A stretch of 64,000 nt of DNA from Chrysomallon squamiferum (GCA_012295275.1 CM022671.1:16492001-16556000), one strand, 5' to 3'; positions 41,967 through 54,266 are shown, counted from the first letter of the stretch. Numbers and translations: made by a program. Notes: generated by a model not told the origin, from the letters alone.

Positions 41967-42009
<43 letters not shown>

Positions 42010-42294
42010 TACACAGCATAATTGATCCGCTATAAACATTAACACCGATTTCACAGGTGGTGTATGTACAATCAGACAGTTTATAACGCATGTCAGTGTC
42101 GCATGGCAAAAAATAAAATTTAGATTATTTCTTTTATTTTATTCTATTATTATTATAATCACGTTTTAGGCTTCATCTTCGTTCAGCTGTAAGAATGTTA
42201 AGATTAACGCGACAATCCCAAAACGTCAAGTGCAACGGAAGTAAATTGGCCAATAAATATTCATACCAGTAATAGTTCGTGAATATTCATTGAA

Positions 42295-42325
<31 letters not shown>

Positions 42326-42644
42326 GACATTGTGTCGATGATGGTTCGACTGTTATTCGAAATGATGGAAAACACCGACTGTGATCGTTGTTATTCTGTT
42401 TATTATTATTTTTTTTATTATTATTATTATTATTTTAATTCGAAATACTTGTTATAGGATCTAGTGCGCAATCATTTTAGAAGCATAGTGGTGGCGCAGA
42501 CTTTATTTATTGACACAAACAAATACCATAAACATGCACGAGCGTTTTTATTTATTGTTATGAACATATTTTAATTAAGCAATGTATTCCCAGGCTAAAA
42601 GAGTGAAAGCTGTTATAAACAATCCAGTAATTATATCTATATCA

Positions 42645-42710
<66 letters not shown>

Positions 42711-44108
42711 CGATAGTACATGCTAGTGTTAAATAAATGAATAAAAATAATTGTTTTTGATTAGTTCATTGCAGTATTTTTTAATAGTTTCGAATATTTC
42801 CTCCTGCTTCAACTTCAGCCAGTTATTACTCAACATGCCAACCAACTTTCTTTACCTTTCATTCCTTCTCTGCTACCTTTAATTTGCAATAAAAGTGAAA
42901 CGATTTTGCATTAGCTCAATTTGACATAAACCAAAAAGCCTACAATATCTGATATTAAAGCAGAATTTTTCTTTTTTCACAAACCATACATTTTGTATAT
43001 CGATCATTTAAAGTTACATCTTGGGTTACTTAATAGTAACAGGATGACAGATGGGTCCATTTCTTCAATAAATCAGAAATGACGTGATTATGCAACTTAA
43101 GTGTTAAAGGGTGCTAATGTAATAATATGTTATTTCAGTTAAAAAAAAGAATGGCTTACTGAATTGTTTGATGGTCAGGCCTTAGTTACATATTTCTAGT
43201 ATTTATTTTTAAAAAAATGTTAACAGTTTACATAAAATATGATACAATTTTTTAACTTGTTTCTAAAGAATATTCCTATTTAAACAATGAGTTACTGCAG
43301 CAATCTTTTACTGAGAAACATAAAATTCATATTTATTTAACAATTAATAATATGAAACAGAATCTTCTTTGTTAAATAGCTTAAGTATTATTATGGTAAC
43401 TGTTGATGTAGGTTACACTTATTTAAGAAGATAATTCCACCTGAGGACAAAATGAACACTGCTACCAACATCCTGACGAAATGAATCTTCCTGAACTCCA
43501 TGCATTGGTAGAATGACATAATCTTCATTGGACTCCAGTGAGACTTCAGAAGAGGAATGAACAGAGTACATGTCACCGTCATTGCTAACTGCAATGTGTG
43601 ATGTTTGCTGCTTATCATGTGTGTCAAAATAAACAATTTATTTATATATCCTGGTTCTCGTCACATTTACCACAGACGTTCAAATATTTTAACATTTCTA
43701 CAATTATCTCAATGTATAATACAATACCAAATATTCATTTGATTATGGTTTTAAGAAACAAATTAATCTATTTAAGAATTTTGTCGTTTATATGGTTAGT
43801 GAGTTATAGGATGTTAGCCACTGTGTTTCCCACTTCTACTGGACATGAAATGAGACCTTTTGACACGGAATGGTGCCAGGTATTATTGGGTTCTCTATGT
43901 TGTTACAACATATAGTAGATAAACACACAAGTAAAAATATAATAATAATAAAACTAATTGAATATATATATATATATCATATATATATATATAAATGACC
44001 TTTTTTTTATTGGACTGAATATATTTGGTTATGTTTTAAGAATTTTAAAAGGCTTGAAATTTTAAAAAAGAATGAATGTAAAAAGATGTTTTTATATATA
44101 TTTTTTTT

Positions 44109-44142
<34 letters not shown>

Positions 44143-44414
44143 CAACATCTTTTTTCTTTTCTTTTAATTTAATTTTTTAGAATTATTTTATTACTTTTAT
44201 TAATTACTTTCAAAGCTAAAAAACGAACAAAATGTAAACAACACGTTCATATGTCATGAGCATTCAAAGTTCAGCAGTTCTTGTCGCTCTAGTGACTGAA
44301 TCTTACTGCTCGCGTCGAGCTCGCTGAAGTTATTGATCTGAATATTCATGAGTGTTACTGTTATGAATATTTATTAGCATCTTTACTTCCAATGGATGTA
44401 TTGTGATTTCATGC

Positions 44415-45030
44415 TCCCATGTCTAGCTGGTCGTTACATCTAGTGTGAACAAAACATTCACTGTAGTCCAGTGTTTTAAAGCGTTGTAACATTCATCTCT
44501 ACAAGACTGTGTACAGTTACATTATTAACATTGGAAATAAAAAATGAGAATTTATCTATATTCTTGTCCTTGTGCAGTCTGCAGTTATTAGTTCTGTAAT
44601 TTTATAAAACTACAAAAAATGTTCTGCAAAATTATTTACTTATTTATCCATTTATCCATACATTATTATTATTAATATCTTTTTTTTTCACTAATTTATA
44701 TATATATAATTATTTTGTTTGTTTGATTGGATTTGTTATTTTTGTTGTTGTTGTTTAATAATAAAATAAAATTACTGAAAATAAGGCTGCAGTATTATAA
44801 TGCCAATAACATGACGAGATAAAAATATAAATTCATTACAAATTTCACAGGTACACAAACGTATTAAGATAATTTTATTAACTGTTTATACCTAAGCCGG
44901 ATTAAACGAATACTGAGTCAGTTGTGAATTCCATGTTGGAAAAATAACGTACCGTCTAAAATGTGTAATATTAATTTGTAATTTATAAGATGTATGATTT
45001 TGATTACCACGAGTTTTGGCTATCAAAATC
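44415..45030 (-). pseudogene. Paralogous remnant of the TIR-like exons
   Basis: 44420-44506 reads SCRDECYNALKHWTTVNVLFTLDVTTS*, against SYRDEFYKASKHWISVNVLFTLDVSDSW at 52165-52247. 44931-44957 reads RRYVIFPTW, against RR*VIFLT* at 52751-52777. Nucleotide similarity is clear and the order and strand are the same. Confidence 0.6.
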
Positions 45031-45045
45031 TGCTATAGAGGTATG

Positions 45046-45088
<43 letters not shown>

Positions 45089-47301
45089 TTTTCTCATAAC
45101 AGTATTTCATATCCACATTTTATAAAACAGAAATAGGGGCACACTCGCTCTGACTCTACTCTACTAATTTGTACCAGTTTTGGGGCAAATCACTCTCCAC
45201 TTACGTTATTTATAAATACTCTGCCCCGCTAGATACATACACACTGGGTCTTTGTGGAGACTCTCACAGTGACCCCACTAATGGCATACTTATAATGGCT
45301 CTTACTTTTACGTTAATGCGTACACTATATTTCAGATCTGAAACTATGCAAAAAAGTTCACTCAAGCGAGAATATTTTTATCATATACTGTGAATAGTGC
45401 TTAAACTAATTTGTACCAGTTTTGATGGGGGTTTGGGTTTTTGGGTTTTTTTTTCTTCTAATTTATTTATTTTGTTCATTCATTCATTTATAAATTATAA
45501 ATATTTACTCTGTTATTTCACTTGCAATAAAGTCAACAGTGTTTAAACTAATTTGTACCAGTTACAAACACTTTAGTGGGGGGTTTTCTTGGTTTTTTTT
45601 TTAAGTATCTAGTCATTCATTTATTTTAAAATAGCAGGTTATAAATATGTACGTTGTTATTTCTCTATAATTTATAAAACGTATCTATTATTATTACGAT
45701 TATTAATTATTGTATTTGTTTTCCAGTTAGCTGTTGCTGAAAATGAAATTATAAGGAAGGAAACTGAAACTGAAACGATTGAAAAAGAAACAAAATACTG
45801 AAAATGAATTTCTCCCTGCAAGCCAAGTAATATATAAAATGCTAACAATGTATTACAAATATAAAATATACTTGCATATAACCATATTCATAAAATTATT
45901 ATAAATATATAGATAGACAGACAGATTTATCTTGTGATAGCTGATCTATTTTAAAATTCTGTTTGTATATAGCCTTGTTTCCTTGTTATTGTAAATATAT
46001 ACCAAAATTGTGTTTTCAACTTTTAAAATAAAATTCTCAAGTGATTACAATGCATCTAATAATTTGAATTGTCGCATAATTAGTAAATCTGTCTCCGGGG
46101 AGGGTAATACAATAGTATCTAAGTATAGTTACATTTTACATGGCGTTAATGACGCATTTGTCAAATTATGTTGGTTCCTAAAGTGGATAAAACAAAACAA
46201 AGCAAAAAAAAAACACACAAAAACCCACATATAAACAGTAACAACGACTATTACAAAATCATAGATTGCTTTGAACAATAGTAAGTCGCCTAAAATGCTT
46301 TCTTATTAAATAGCTGACAAGAACCAATAAATATATGTAAGAATAGATGTATAATCTGAAAGTGATACTTTATTTAATCTTATTGAGTTTAAATCTGATT
46401 GATGAAATATAATTACCTATTTTCGATACGTACAAATTTTCGCCAACAGTAATTAACAGTAAACTACGAATTAATTCCTGATCACATCACGTGGGAATCA
46501 TGAATTATTCAATTTCAGAATTTATAGTATTTCCTTATATTACTGCAGAAACCACCATGGAACATTTGTAAATCCTTAAAGAGGAGTTAATATCGATATC
46601 TAATTTTGCATCAACAATAATTTGAATAAATATTTCCGTATCGACGTATAACTGCATTTTTTCTTTTCAAGTTGTTCTCACTGTTGAGTTATTGTTATTG
46701 TGATTGTTATTAGTTACAGCTAAACTCATGATCATAAAAATTAATTTCCAAGTCTTTTCCAATATATATTGTGAAATAATTATTAACGACTCATTACTTT
46801 GTATATTGGTTAAGGAACAGTGCATGGGATTACTTTATCCCAGCTATTAAAATTATTTTTTCTACCCATCGCATGCACATTATGCTGTAAGGAAACTAAA
46901 TTTATGTTTTAAATGAGTATTTGAAAACTTAATGTTACATAGGAAAATCTGAAGTTTTTAAAATCTCATTACACATTTACAATAAATATAAACTATTTTA
47001 ACAACAGTAATGTTAATTAATTTCAATATCAAATTTTGCTGTTCAAGCAACATAAACAATCTATAGCTGAAATTTGTTTTAAAAGTTTGTTATTTTAAAT
47101 TTACCTGACTGAAATGTTATGTAAGAAACATATTTAAAACCACTACTTTACAGTTACACATATAATTTAAAGCGACTACGAGAAATGACAAAAAATAAGA
47201 TGTTAAAGACTGAGCCTCAACAAAATGTATAAACAAAGCTCGAGCTATTACCATATCTGAAAACTTAATAACTGTTATTGATTTCTTACATTTATACTAT
47301 A

Positions 47302-47336
<35 letters not shown>

Positions 47337-47451
47337 ATTTGCGTCAGCTTTATTTCAAGGATAACATTCAGAAGCAGTTGTATCTTCAAGAAGTGGTTCG
47401 TGAATGCAGATTTTTTTTTTTGTAGGAATTTTGATTTGATTTGTGAATCTC

Positions 47452-47489
<38 letters not shown>

Positions 47490-48165
47490 TTAAAATTTAA
47501 CATCATAGGTCGTTTGTGGCTTTTCAGAAGAACAAGTTGTCTCTTTTCATATCTTGGTAGCGTCTAACATTCCAAATGATCCAAACTGACTGGAATGTCT
47601 AGCAAAGAGGAACTTCCAGCAAGCTAACGTTAACTGCTTCAGTGAGGATTTGAAAAAACAAAAAACAGCTTCAAAATAACATTAATCTAACAAGCCAAAA
47701 ATTATTTGTGATTTTTTTATGTTTCCTTATTTTTTTATATAATTATTTTATCTAGCATCAAAAGTACAATCCACAGAAAAATTCCGATTAAAAAGTTATT
47801 TGAATTTACGAACCAAGACTTGAAACTTGCCAGATTCAGAATAAGTCAAATCAATTTTCTGATTGTTGTAGATATGTATTTAATCTTCAATATTTTCTTT
47901 CTTAGATGTAATTATAGCTTACAAAATTATTTTGTTTTTTTGGTATGTTATGGAAACAAAAAATATAATTATGCGAGTAATTAAATAGTGTACTGTATTT
48001 GTTTCTTTTACAACTGTGAAACTTTTCAAGCTATGCACGTATGTGAATTTATGCAGAAAATTAAAATATTTTCTTTTTTAATACTTTTTAAAAGTACATC
48101 CGTTGCGCACCTTTTCTTTTTTTTTTTTTTTTTTATTATTATTATTATTATCATCATTATCATCA

Positions 48166-48230
<65 letters not shown>

Positions 48231-50303
48231 AATGAGTACTGTTTGCTGATTTTTTGCATAAATTTAAATTTTAGAAAAAATGCATGATATATTACGTATA
48301 GTTTATTATTTTAAAATAAATAAATAAATAAATAATTGTGGTTTGGTATCAACAACTACTCTCGATACACATTCGTTTAGATTCGCATCGGGATCTATTT
48401 AAAATTAATATTCACAACAGTTCATAATAATAATAATAATAATAAAAGGTAATAGAATTTTTGCGGTGTACTTCTTTTTTTCGAAGATTTGTTTCCCCAT
48501 TTCGTTCTCCCTTATTTTACGATGCACACCAAATTCTACTTTTCTTATTAATTTAGCATCTGTTTAAGGTCTAGTAAATTTCCATCATACATCTGACCTT
48601 AGTTTTAATAAGCTGTGCAAAAACATCCTGATCAAATGATAATTTCGTGATACTTTTATATTTTGGTAATTTTTCTATAGTCTTAAAGCGTTGGATATTG
48701 GTTTGGGATAAACAAATCCACCGTGTGAACACAAAATCCTTCCAATTAGTGAGTGCAGTTTGTTCAGCCTATTGTTATTATTATTTTTTCGTTATTGTTG
48801 TTGTTTTGGTAATAATCAACAATTCGATCCAACTTTTGTTTTTCGTTTTGTCGTCTGCTAACAGATTTGTTAGAACTATCACTGTTTCTTACGTTAAAAA
48901 AAAAAAAAAAAAATAATAATAAAACAAATATTTTCTGGTTTAATAACAAATTAAACTATAATATTATATACAGTCATCTATAAAGTAATAAAATTACAGT
49001 GTACCATATATAATACTGTCGTGTATTTCGTAGACAATATTTTCCAATACTAACAATTATTTTTGAATTGTTTTCTTCCAGACTGATCATTTTTGGTATT
49101 GACACATTATAAACATTCCATTCATCATGTTTTAGAATTCTGGCATTTTTCTAAACTTATACCACGTAACAGCACAATGGCTGAAAGAGGTTCTTTTACC
49201 CAAACTTGGTAGATGGTCTGAGGAGCGCTCACTGAAAACAAGTGCTACTTCCCTGACGTCAGTTCCAGTAGATGAATACAATTCAACACACAACAGACTT
49301 GTTTTGTAAAGGTTAATTTCTATAAGGCTATGAGAATAAAAGTTGTAGATTTGAGTCTGAACAGTTTTAAAAATACATGAGACTTTTTTTCATTATTCTT
49401 TATATCTTATATGTATATATATATAGATATATATTAATCTATTATTTCCATAGAAAATTCAAGTCAAAATGGGTCACTGACAGGATTAGAATATAAACTA
49501 TTGAACAATTTTAATTTAACTGTGCTCTAAGCTAACTAGCTAGGACCTTCATGATTCAGGATTGGTAGATCATGACAGTCTTTGTACCAGTGATAGGTAT
49601 CTGCTTTCATCTTTGACTTTATGGGGCTGCCTTTTAGAATCTGTGGAAGCAGTTTTGGTTTGAATGATGTTGATTATTTTGAACATTAAGAGACGATTGG
49701 TTATGCAGAATGTTTCAGTGATGGCAAGCAGGGTCAACACAAATCTGTTACTCTCATTCTCTAGTGTAAGATTTGCCTCGACAGTCGAATCATTTTTTAA
49801 TTTTCAAGAAGATAACTGTTTTAATTGGAAAATAGTTTTAACGTCTTAGATTCAATAATAATCACTAATTTTAATAACAACCACCAAAATATTGTTCTTT
49901 TTGTTTTTTTAATTTTTAAATTGTTTATTTCAGTAGATTTTTGAACAAGGCAAAAATGTAGCTACCTTTATACAAGAAATGTATATAAAGAAAAGGTAAT
50001 GTGATTTTTAATTTAAAAATAAGAAAACAAACAACTCCAAAAGTAAATAAGTTTTCTTATTCATCTTTCTGTAAATAATAAAATAAACAAATGTTTCTGT
50101 TGCAGGAGATACCCATTTCACCATCAGCAGCAGATCCCGTCTTTCCAGAATATGATGGTTGAATGATTTCTCTTTGATGGAATGGCTTCCTTTTGGACTC
50201 ACTGGTAAATTTCCTTGCATCCTGGTGCTCTCGTGGTCTCTAGGTTACAAAAAAGTATTTAGATTCTGTTACAGTCAATGGCAAACTGGATCGAGAATGT
50301 CTA

Positions 50304-52591
50304 TCACGTAGTAGAGTCTCTTTGGGGAGCACTGGCAACATTTCCTGGCATTCTGGTGGTCCCAAGTCTTAGTGTGTTAAGAGTGTAGTGATGAATCAGC
50401 TCATCGTATGAATAAATTGCTCTATGATGATCCTGGTCAGCCATGTGAAGAATCATATTCCTGTGATCAACAAAGATCGATGCGATTTTCTCGAATTTTA
50501 GTCAGTTAAACACTGCTAACGTCGTGGTGGCAGCTGTTCTCAAAACGAACGTTGCGGCGTGCATTCTGGAAAGTCTGGTTTCTGCTTTAGTGTTGTTCAT
50601 TAAAGAAAATAACTGCTTCAGAAATGTTTCCGTAATTAAATCAGGTGGTTCGGTTATCAGCAAATGCTGTTGCGGTTGTTACAGCATCCTTCTAAAATGC
50701 ATCGGCGTGCCGTACAGTTTGCCTTGTTTTTCAAACAAGACCTACTGGATGATTGAAGTCGAGGAAGACCGAACTACCATTCCTGGCAACGAATGTATTA
50801 TCTTGTGAGCATGCGGTGATTTTCGGGGTATCCGAGGAGAACTAATTTTAGAAAAAGAAAAAATATAAGTTAAAAAAAAGAAGAAATAGAAGAAATGATA
50901 AGAGCACCAATTATTGTTGTTGTTGTTGTTGTTGTTGCTGCTGCTGCTGTTGTTGCTTTTGTTTTCATAATTTAGTAATAATAGTAATTATGATAATAAA
51001 TAAATGAAACTTACAGGGTTGGCAGGGTATCGACAGATTCATCGAAACTTACGGGTAAGGTTGTGGACGAAAACCCACTCATATAGGTAAGTGGAGATTC
51101 AATGTGGACAGTGGGACAGGCCTTGGTGGGTTTCTTTTTCAGACACCTACAACATGTAAATTTGGACTGAAACTCGCCCATCTCAGCAAAATAAACTAAA
51201 ATTTTCCAAGTCCACAAATCGCTCAGAGACTGCTTTGAAGTAGTCTCTAATGACGCTACATCTATTATGACGTCATACCTTAACAGTGTGTGTATGTGTG
51301 TGTGTGTGATTATTTATTTTACAAAATATAAATAAACCTCTGGATACAGGTTACAAGAATCGTAATAAAATAAATATATTCAACTCAAGACCATGATATT
51401 TATATATATAGTGACTTATATTACTAACAATGTATACAGATATATTTTGTGACAATTCATCTGTTTTAAAATCTTATTTGTACACAGCCTTGTTGTCTTG
51501 TTATCGTAAATATTCAGAATACAGTAATTCAAAACTCAACCAAATAGTGTTTTTAAAGTTTTAAATAAAACTAACTGTTTAATTACCGTCGTACCTGCTG
51601 TCTCGTGCGGATACTTGTGGATACGACAGAAGTGTCCCTACGTCGCAGTATTTCTTCATCAGAGGGAAACAAATTACAGACAATTTTTTACAATGTTTAT
51701 TTATATGGACCATGCCAGTATCCTTAACAAAACATAAACTGTCATGGCCGGACATTGCCATTTAAAAAGAATTTTGGATACTGGGTTGTCGAACTTGTAT
51801 TTTGAAAAATTAGTTTTTATAATTTCCATTCAACAGCTATAAAGCTGTGGGACATTAGAAAAATATTTGTTTTCATTCGTTATCTGCTATTTTAATACAG
51901 ACAGACACATTCATACATATCACGTCCCTATTTGCAATTACCTTATACTACATTAACCGCAAATGAAGCCGTTAGAAAGTGATTCACGCAAACACGTGAC
52001 ACACACACACACAGGGACATATTAAAAAAACAGTCGAGTCTTGGAAAAGTGTCCGTATATCGTAGGTGGTCGGTAAAAACAGGTATTTGAATAACCAGTA
52101 CGTCTGTATCGTGTCTGATTCTTCGTATGTAAGAATATTAAGATTATCACCCGTGAATGATATCCAGCTGTCGCTTACATCCAGTGTGAATAAAACGTTC
52201 ACTGAAATCCAGTGTTTTGAAGCTTTGTAAAATTCATCTCTGTACGAGCCAATGTCCTGTCACTTAAAGTGATGATAACAACACAGAGAATGTTTTTTAT
52301 TTATTTTTTGTTTTTTCTGCCGGTTTTGTTTTTCAGTCGAAATTAAGTCTACTTTTTACACTTAGGTCGTCTGCACCTTTTCCATTTTGTTAAGTTTTTT
52401 TTTTATATAAAACGCCATTAATAATGCAAGATAAAATGTGTTGAAACTGAAGTCATTAAAACGCCAGTAAAAAGTTCAGCTAATCAGTTTGTGTTATTGT
52501 AGTGTGTTTTTTATCTGCTTTTTCTTCTTTCAGACGTGTATCGGTTTACTTTCTAAGACTCAACAGTTACGTTGACTGAGCAAAGTGGGCC

Positions 52592-52629
<38 letters not shown>

Positions 52630-52970
52630 AGATAATAAATTAGTAACAACATTCACTGTTTAGACAGACTATTAAAATCGTTTTGCGTTTGGTTTACAGT
52701 TTCTCATTTATTAATGACTGTACATCCTGAATGAATCAATTTTACCGGTGCTATGTTAGAAAGATAACTTAGCGTCTGACAAATAAAAAGTACAGTTTTG
52801 TTTATAATTGTCTGACATATGAACATGACACGTTTTGATCCTCGAAATATGATTTGAAGAGTAGCAAACTGTCAGTTTTCTTATTCTGTATCTAGTATCC
52901 AAATAAAGTTTATACAACACTTTATTCATTAAAAAAATATATATTTCAAGTAGGGGCATAGTCATTCAAC
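50304..52970 (-). pseudogene. Decayed multi-exon gene: TIR-like N-terminal region, Ser/Pro-rich linker and SH2 domain
   Basis: Candidate exons 52746-52970, 52151-52256, 51587-51722, 51015-51146 and 50304-50841; the last four join in compatible phases through GT-AG introns. The SH2-like stretch QLFSLMNNTKAETRLSRMHAATFVLRTAATTTLAVFN*LKFEKIASIFVDHRNMILHMADQDHHRAIYSYDELIHHYTLNTL lies at about 50370-50615. Premature stops at 51697, 51688, 50742, 50679 and 50502, plus several in the 52746-52970 exon. Confidence 0.6.
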
Positions 52971-53235
52971 CTGTAAGTGAAAATATTCCTTTTCAGGAAT
53001 TTTGGATACTGGGTTGTCGAACTTGTATTTTGAAAAATTAGTTTTTATAATTTCCATTCAACAGCTATAAAGCTGTGGGACATTAGAAAAATATTTGTTT
53101 TTATTCGTTATCTGCTATTTTAATACAGACAGACACATTCATACATATCACGTCCCTATCTGCAATAACCTTAAACTACATTAACCGCTACGAAGCCGTT
53201 AGAAAGTGATTCACGCAAATACGTGCGCACACACA
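51769..53235 (+). repeat. Two near-identical direct repeats of about 235 bp (51769-52005 and 52997-53235)
   Basis: GAATTTTGGATACTGGGTTGTCGAACTTG...GCCGTTAGAAAGTGATTCACGCAAA occurs twice, 1228 bp apart. Confidence 0.93.
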
Positions 53236-54089
53236 CTTATACTTGCTATGGGTCCTAACTGCAATAAACTAATCTGTATTATGTTTCGTAAATAAATTTC
53301 TTTAAATCCGTTAGACATTAAAACGTTTAAATTTTCATTCGCTGTCTACTGCTGTGATACCACAAACTCCTGCAGGCACCATACGTACACAGACTACTAT
53401 AAACACGGTGTATATACATATATATATAACTGATTATAAAGCTGTTAGGCATTAGAAAATGTTTGTTTTTATTCGCTATATATATTACTATAATATACAC
53501 AGAATTAATGTACACAGAACACATATACACACACACACACTACGGCCCTCCTGATATAAACTATTTCTATATTTTTAGATACAAGTGAGAATTTATAAAG
53601 CTGTTGGACATTAGAAAATAGATGTTTTCATCTGCAACTGCAATATACACAAAACAAACAAACAGAAAACGCTCGCTTACAACACACACCCACGCACATG
53701 CACGCACACACATACCACAGGCTCATTGCCACAAACTATTTTTTTTTTTTTTTTGAGATAAGTAAACCGTTGTAAAGCAGTTGGAAGGGGGGTCTAAAAT
53801 TTTATTTTATTTTAAAAGTGTTTTTTTCTTTTATCTAAACCCATACACGCACTCCTCTTCACTGAAAGATTTTCGTACAAGAGAGGTGAAACGCCTCGAG
53901 TGCTTTCTACCTCGCCAGTTATGGCATGCGTTTTATTTACGACTCGACGGAACAACACCAATATCTATGGGTCGTGTTATACCGCGTCGTCAGAGTAACT
54001 TTATTTGCATAAGAATCGCCAGCGAGAGTTAGCCTACTCCTTTCTCGCCAAGTGAAGCGATCAGAAAGAATTAGTTCACGTGTGTGTGT

Positions 54090-54266
54090 GTACGGAGTCC
54101 TCCCCGCCCCCGTGTGACAGAGCGAAGAGAGAAGACAGAGAGAAAAATTCCGTTACGCGACGGTTAAAGAATGGATCTGACGTTAATTACCAACAACCCC
54201 CGTCAGGATTTTAGTGGATTACCGATTGACTAAAGTTGATTAGTGCTAAACATGCCGTATAAACAG
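54090..54266 (+). promoter_or_regulatory. Probable promoter and non-coding first exon of a gene extending beyond the window
   Basis: CpG-rich patch at 53870-54270, E-box CACGTG at about 54078 and GC box CCCCGCCCCC at 54102-54111. A purine-rich leader ends in the donor-like AAACAG|GTTAGT. No coding exon was recognised downstream in the window. Confidence 0.4.

Noticed and set aside
43405-43620. Coding-looking minus-strand block (HDKQQTSHIAVSNDGDMYSVHSSSEVSLESNEDYVILPMHG...)
   Set aside because: It could be a linker exon of the first pseudogene copy, but there is no convincing acceptor and no similarity to the second copy, so it was not called.
46549-46571. Acceptor followed by a perfect Kozak ACCACCATGG
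   Set aside because: The ORF is only four codons (MEHL*).
50420-50470. RNMILH read as a HEPN RxxxxH nuclease motif
   Set aside because: It lies between the SH2 signatures (TFVLR and ELIHHY) at correct SH2 spacing, so the match is probably coincidental.
50502-50504. In-frame TGA in the SH2 domain as selenocysteine or readthrough
   Set aside because: The same frame also has TAG and TAA stops and no SECIS was recognised. Pseudogenisation is the simpler explanation.
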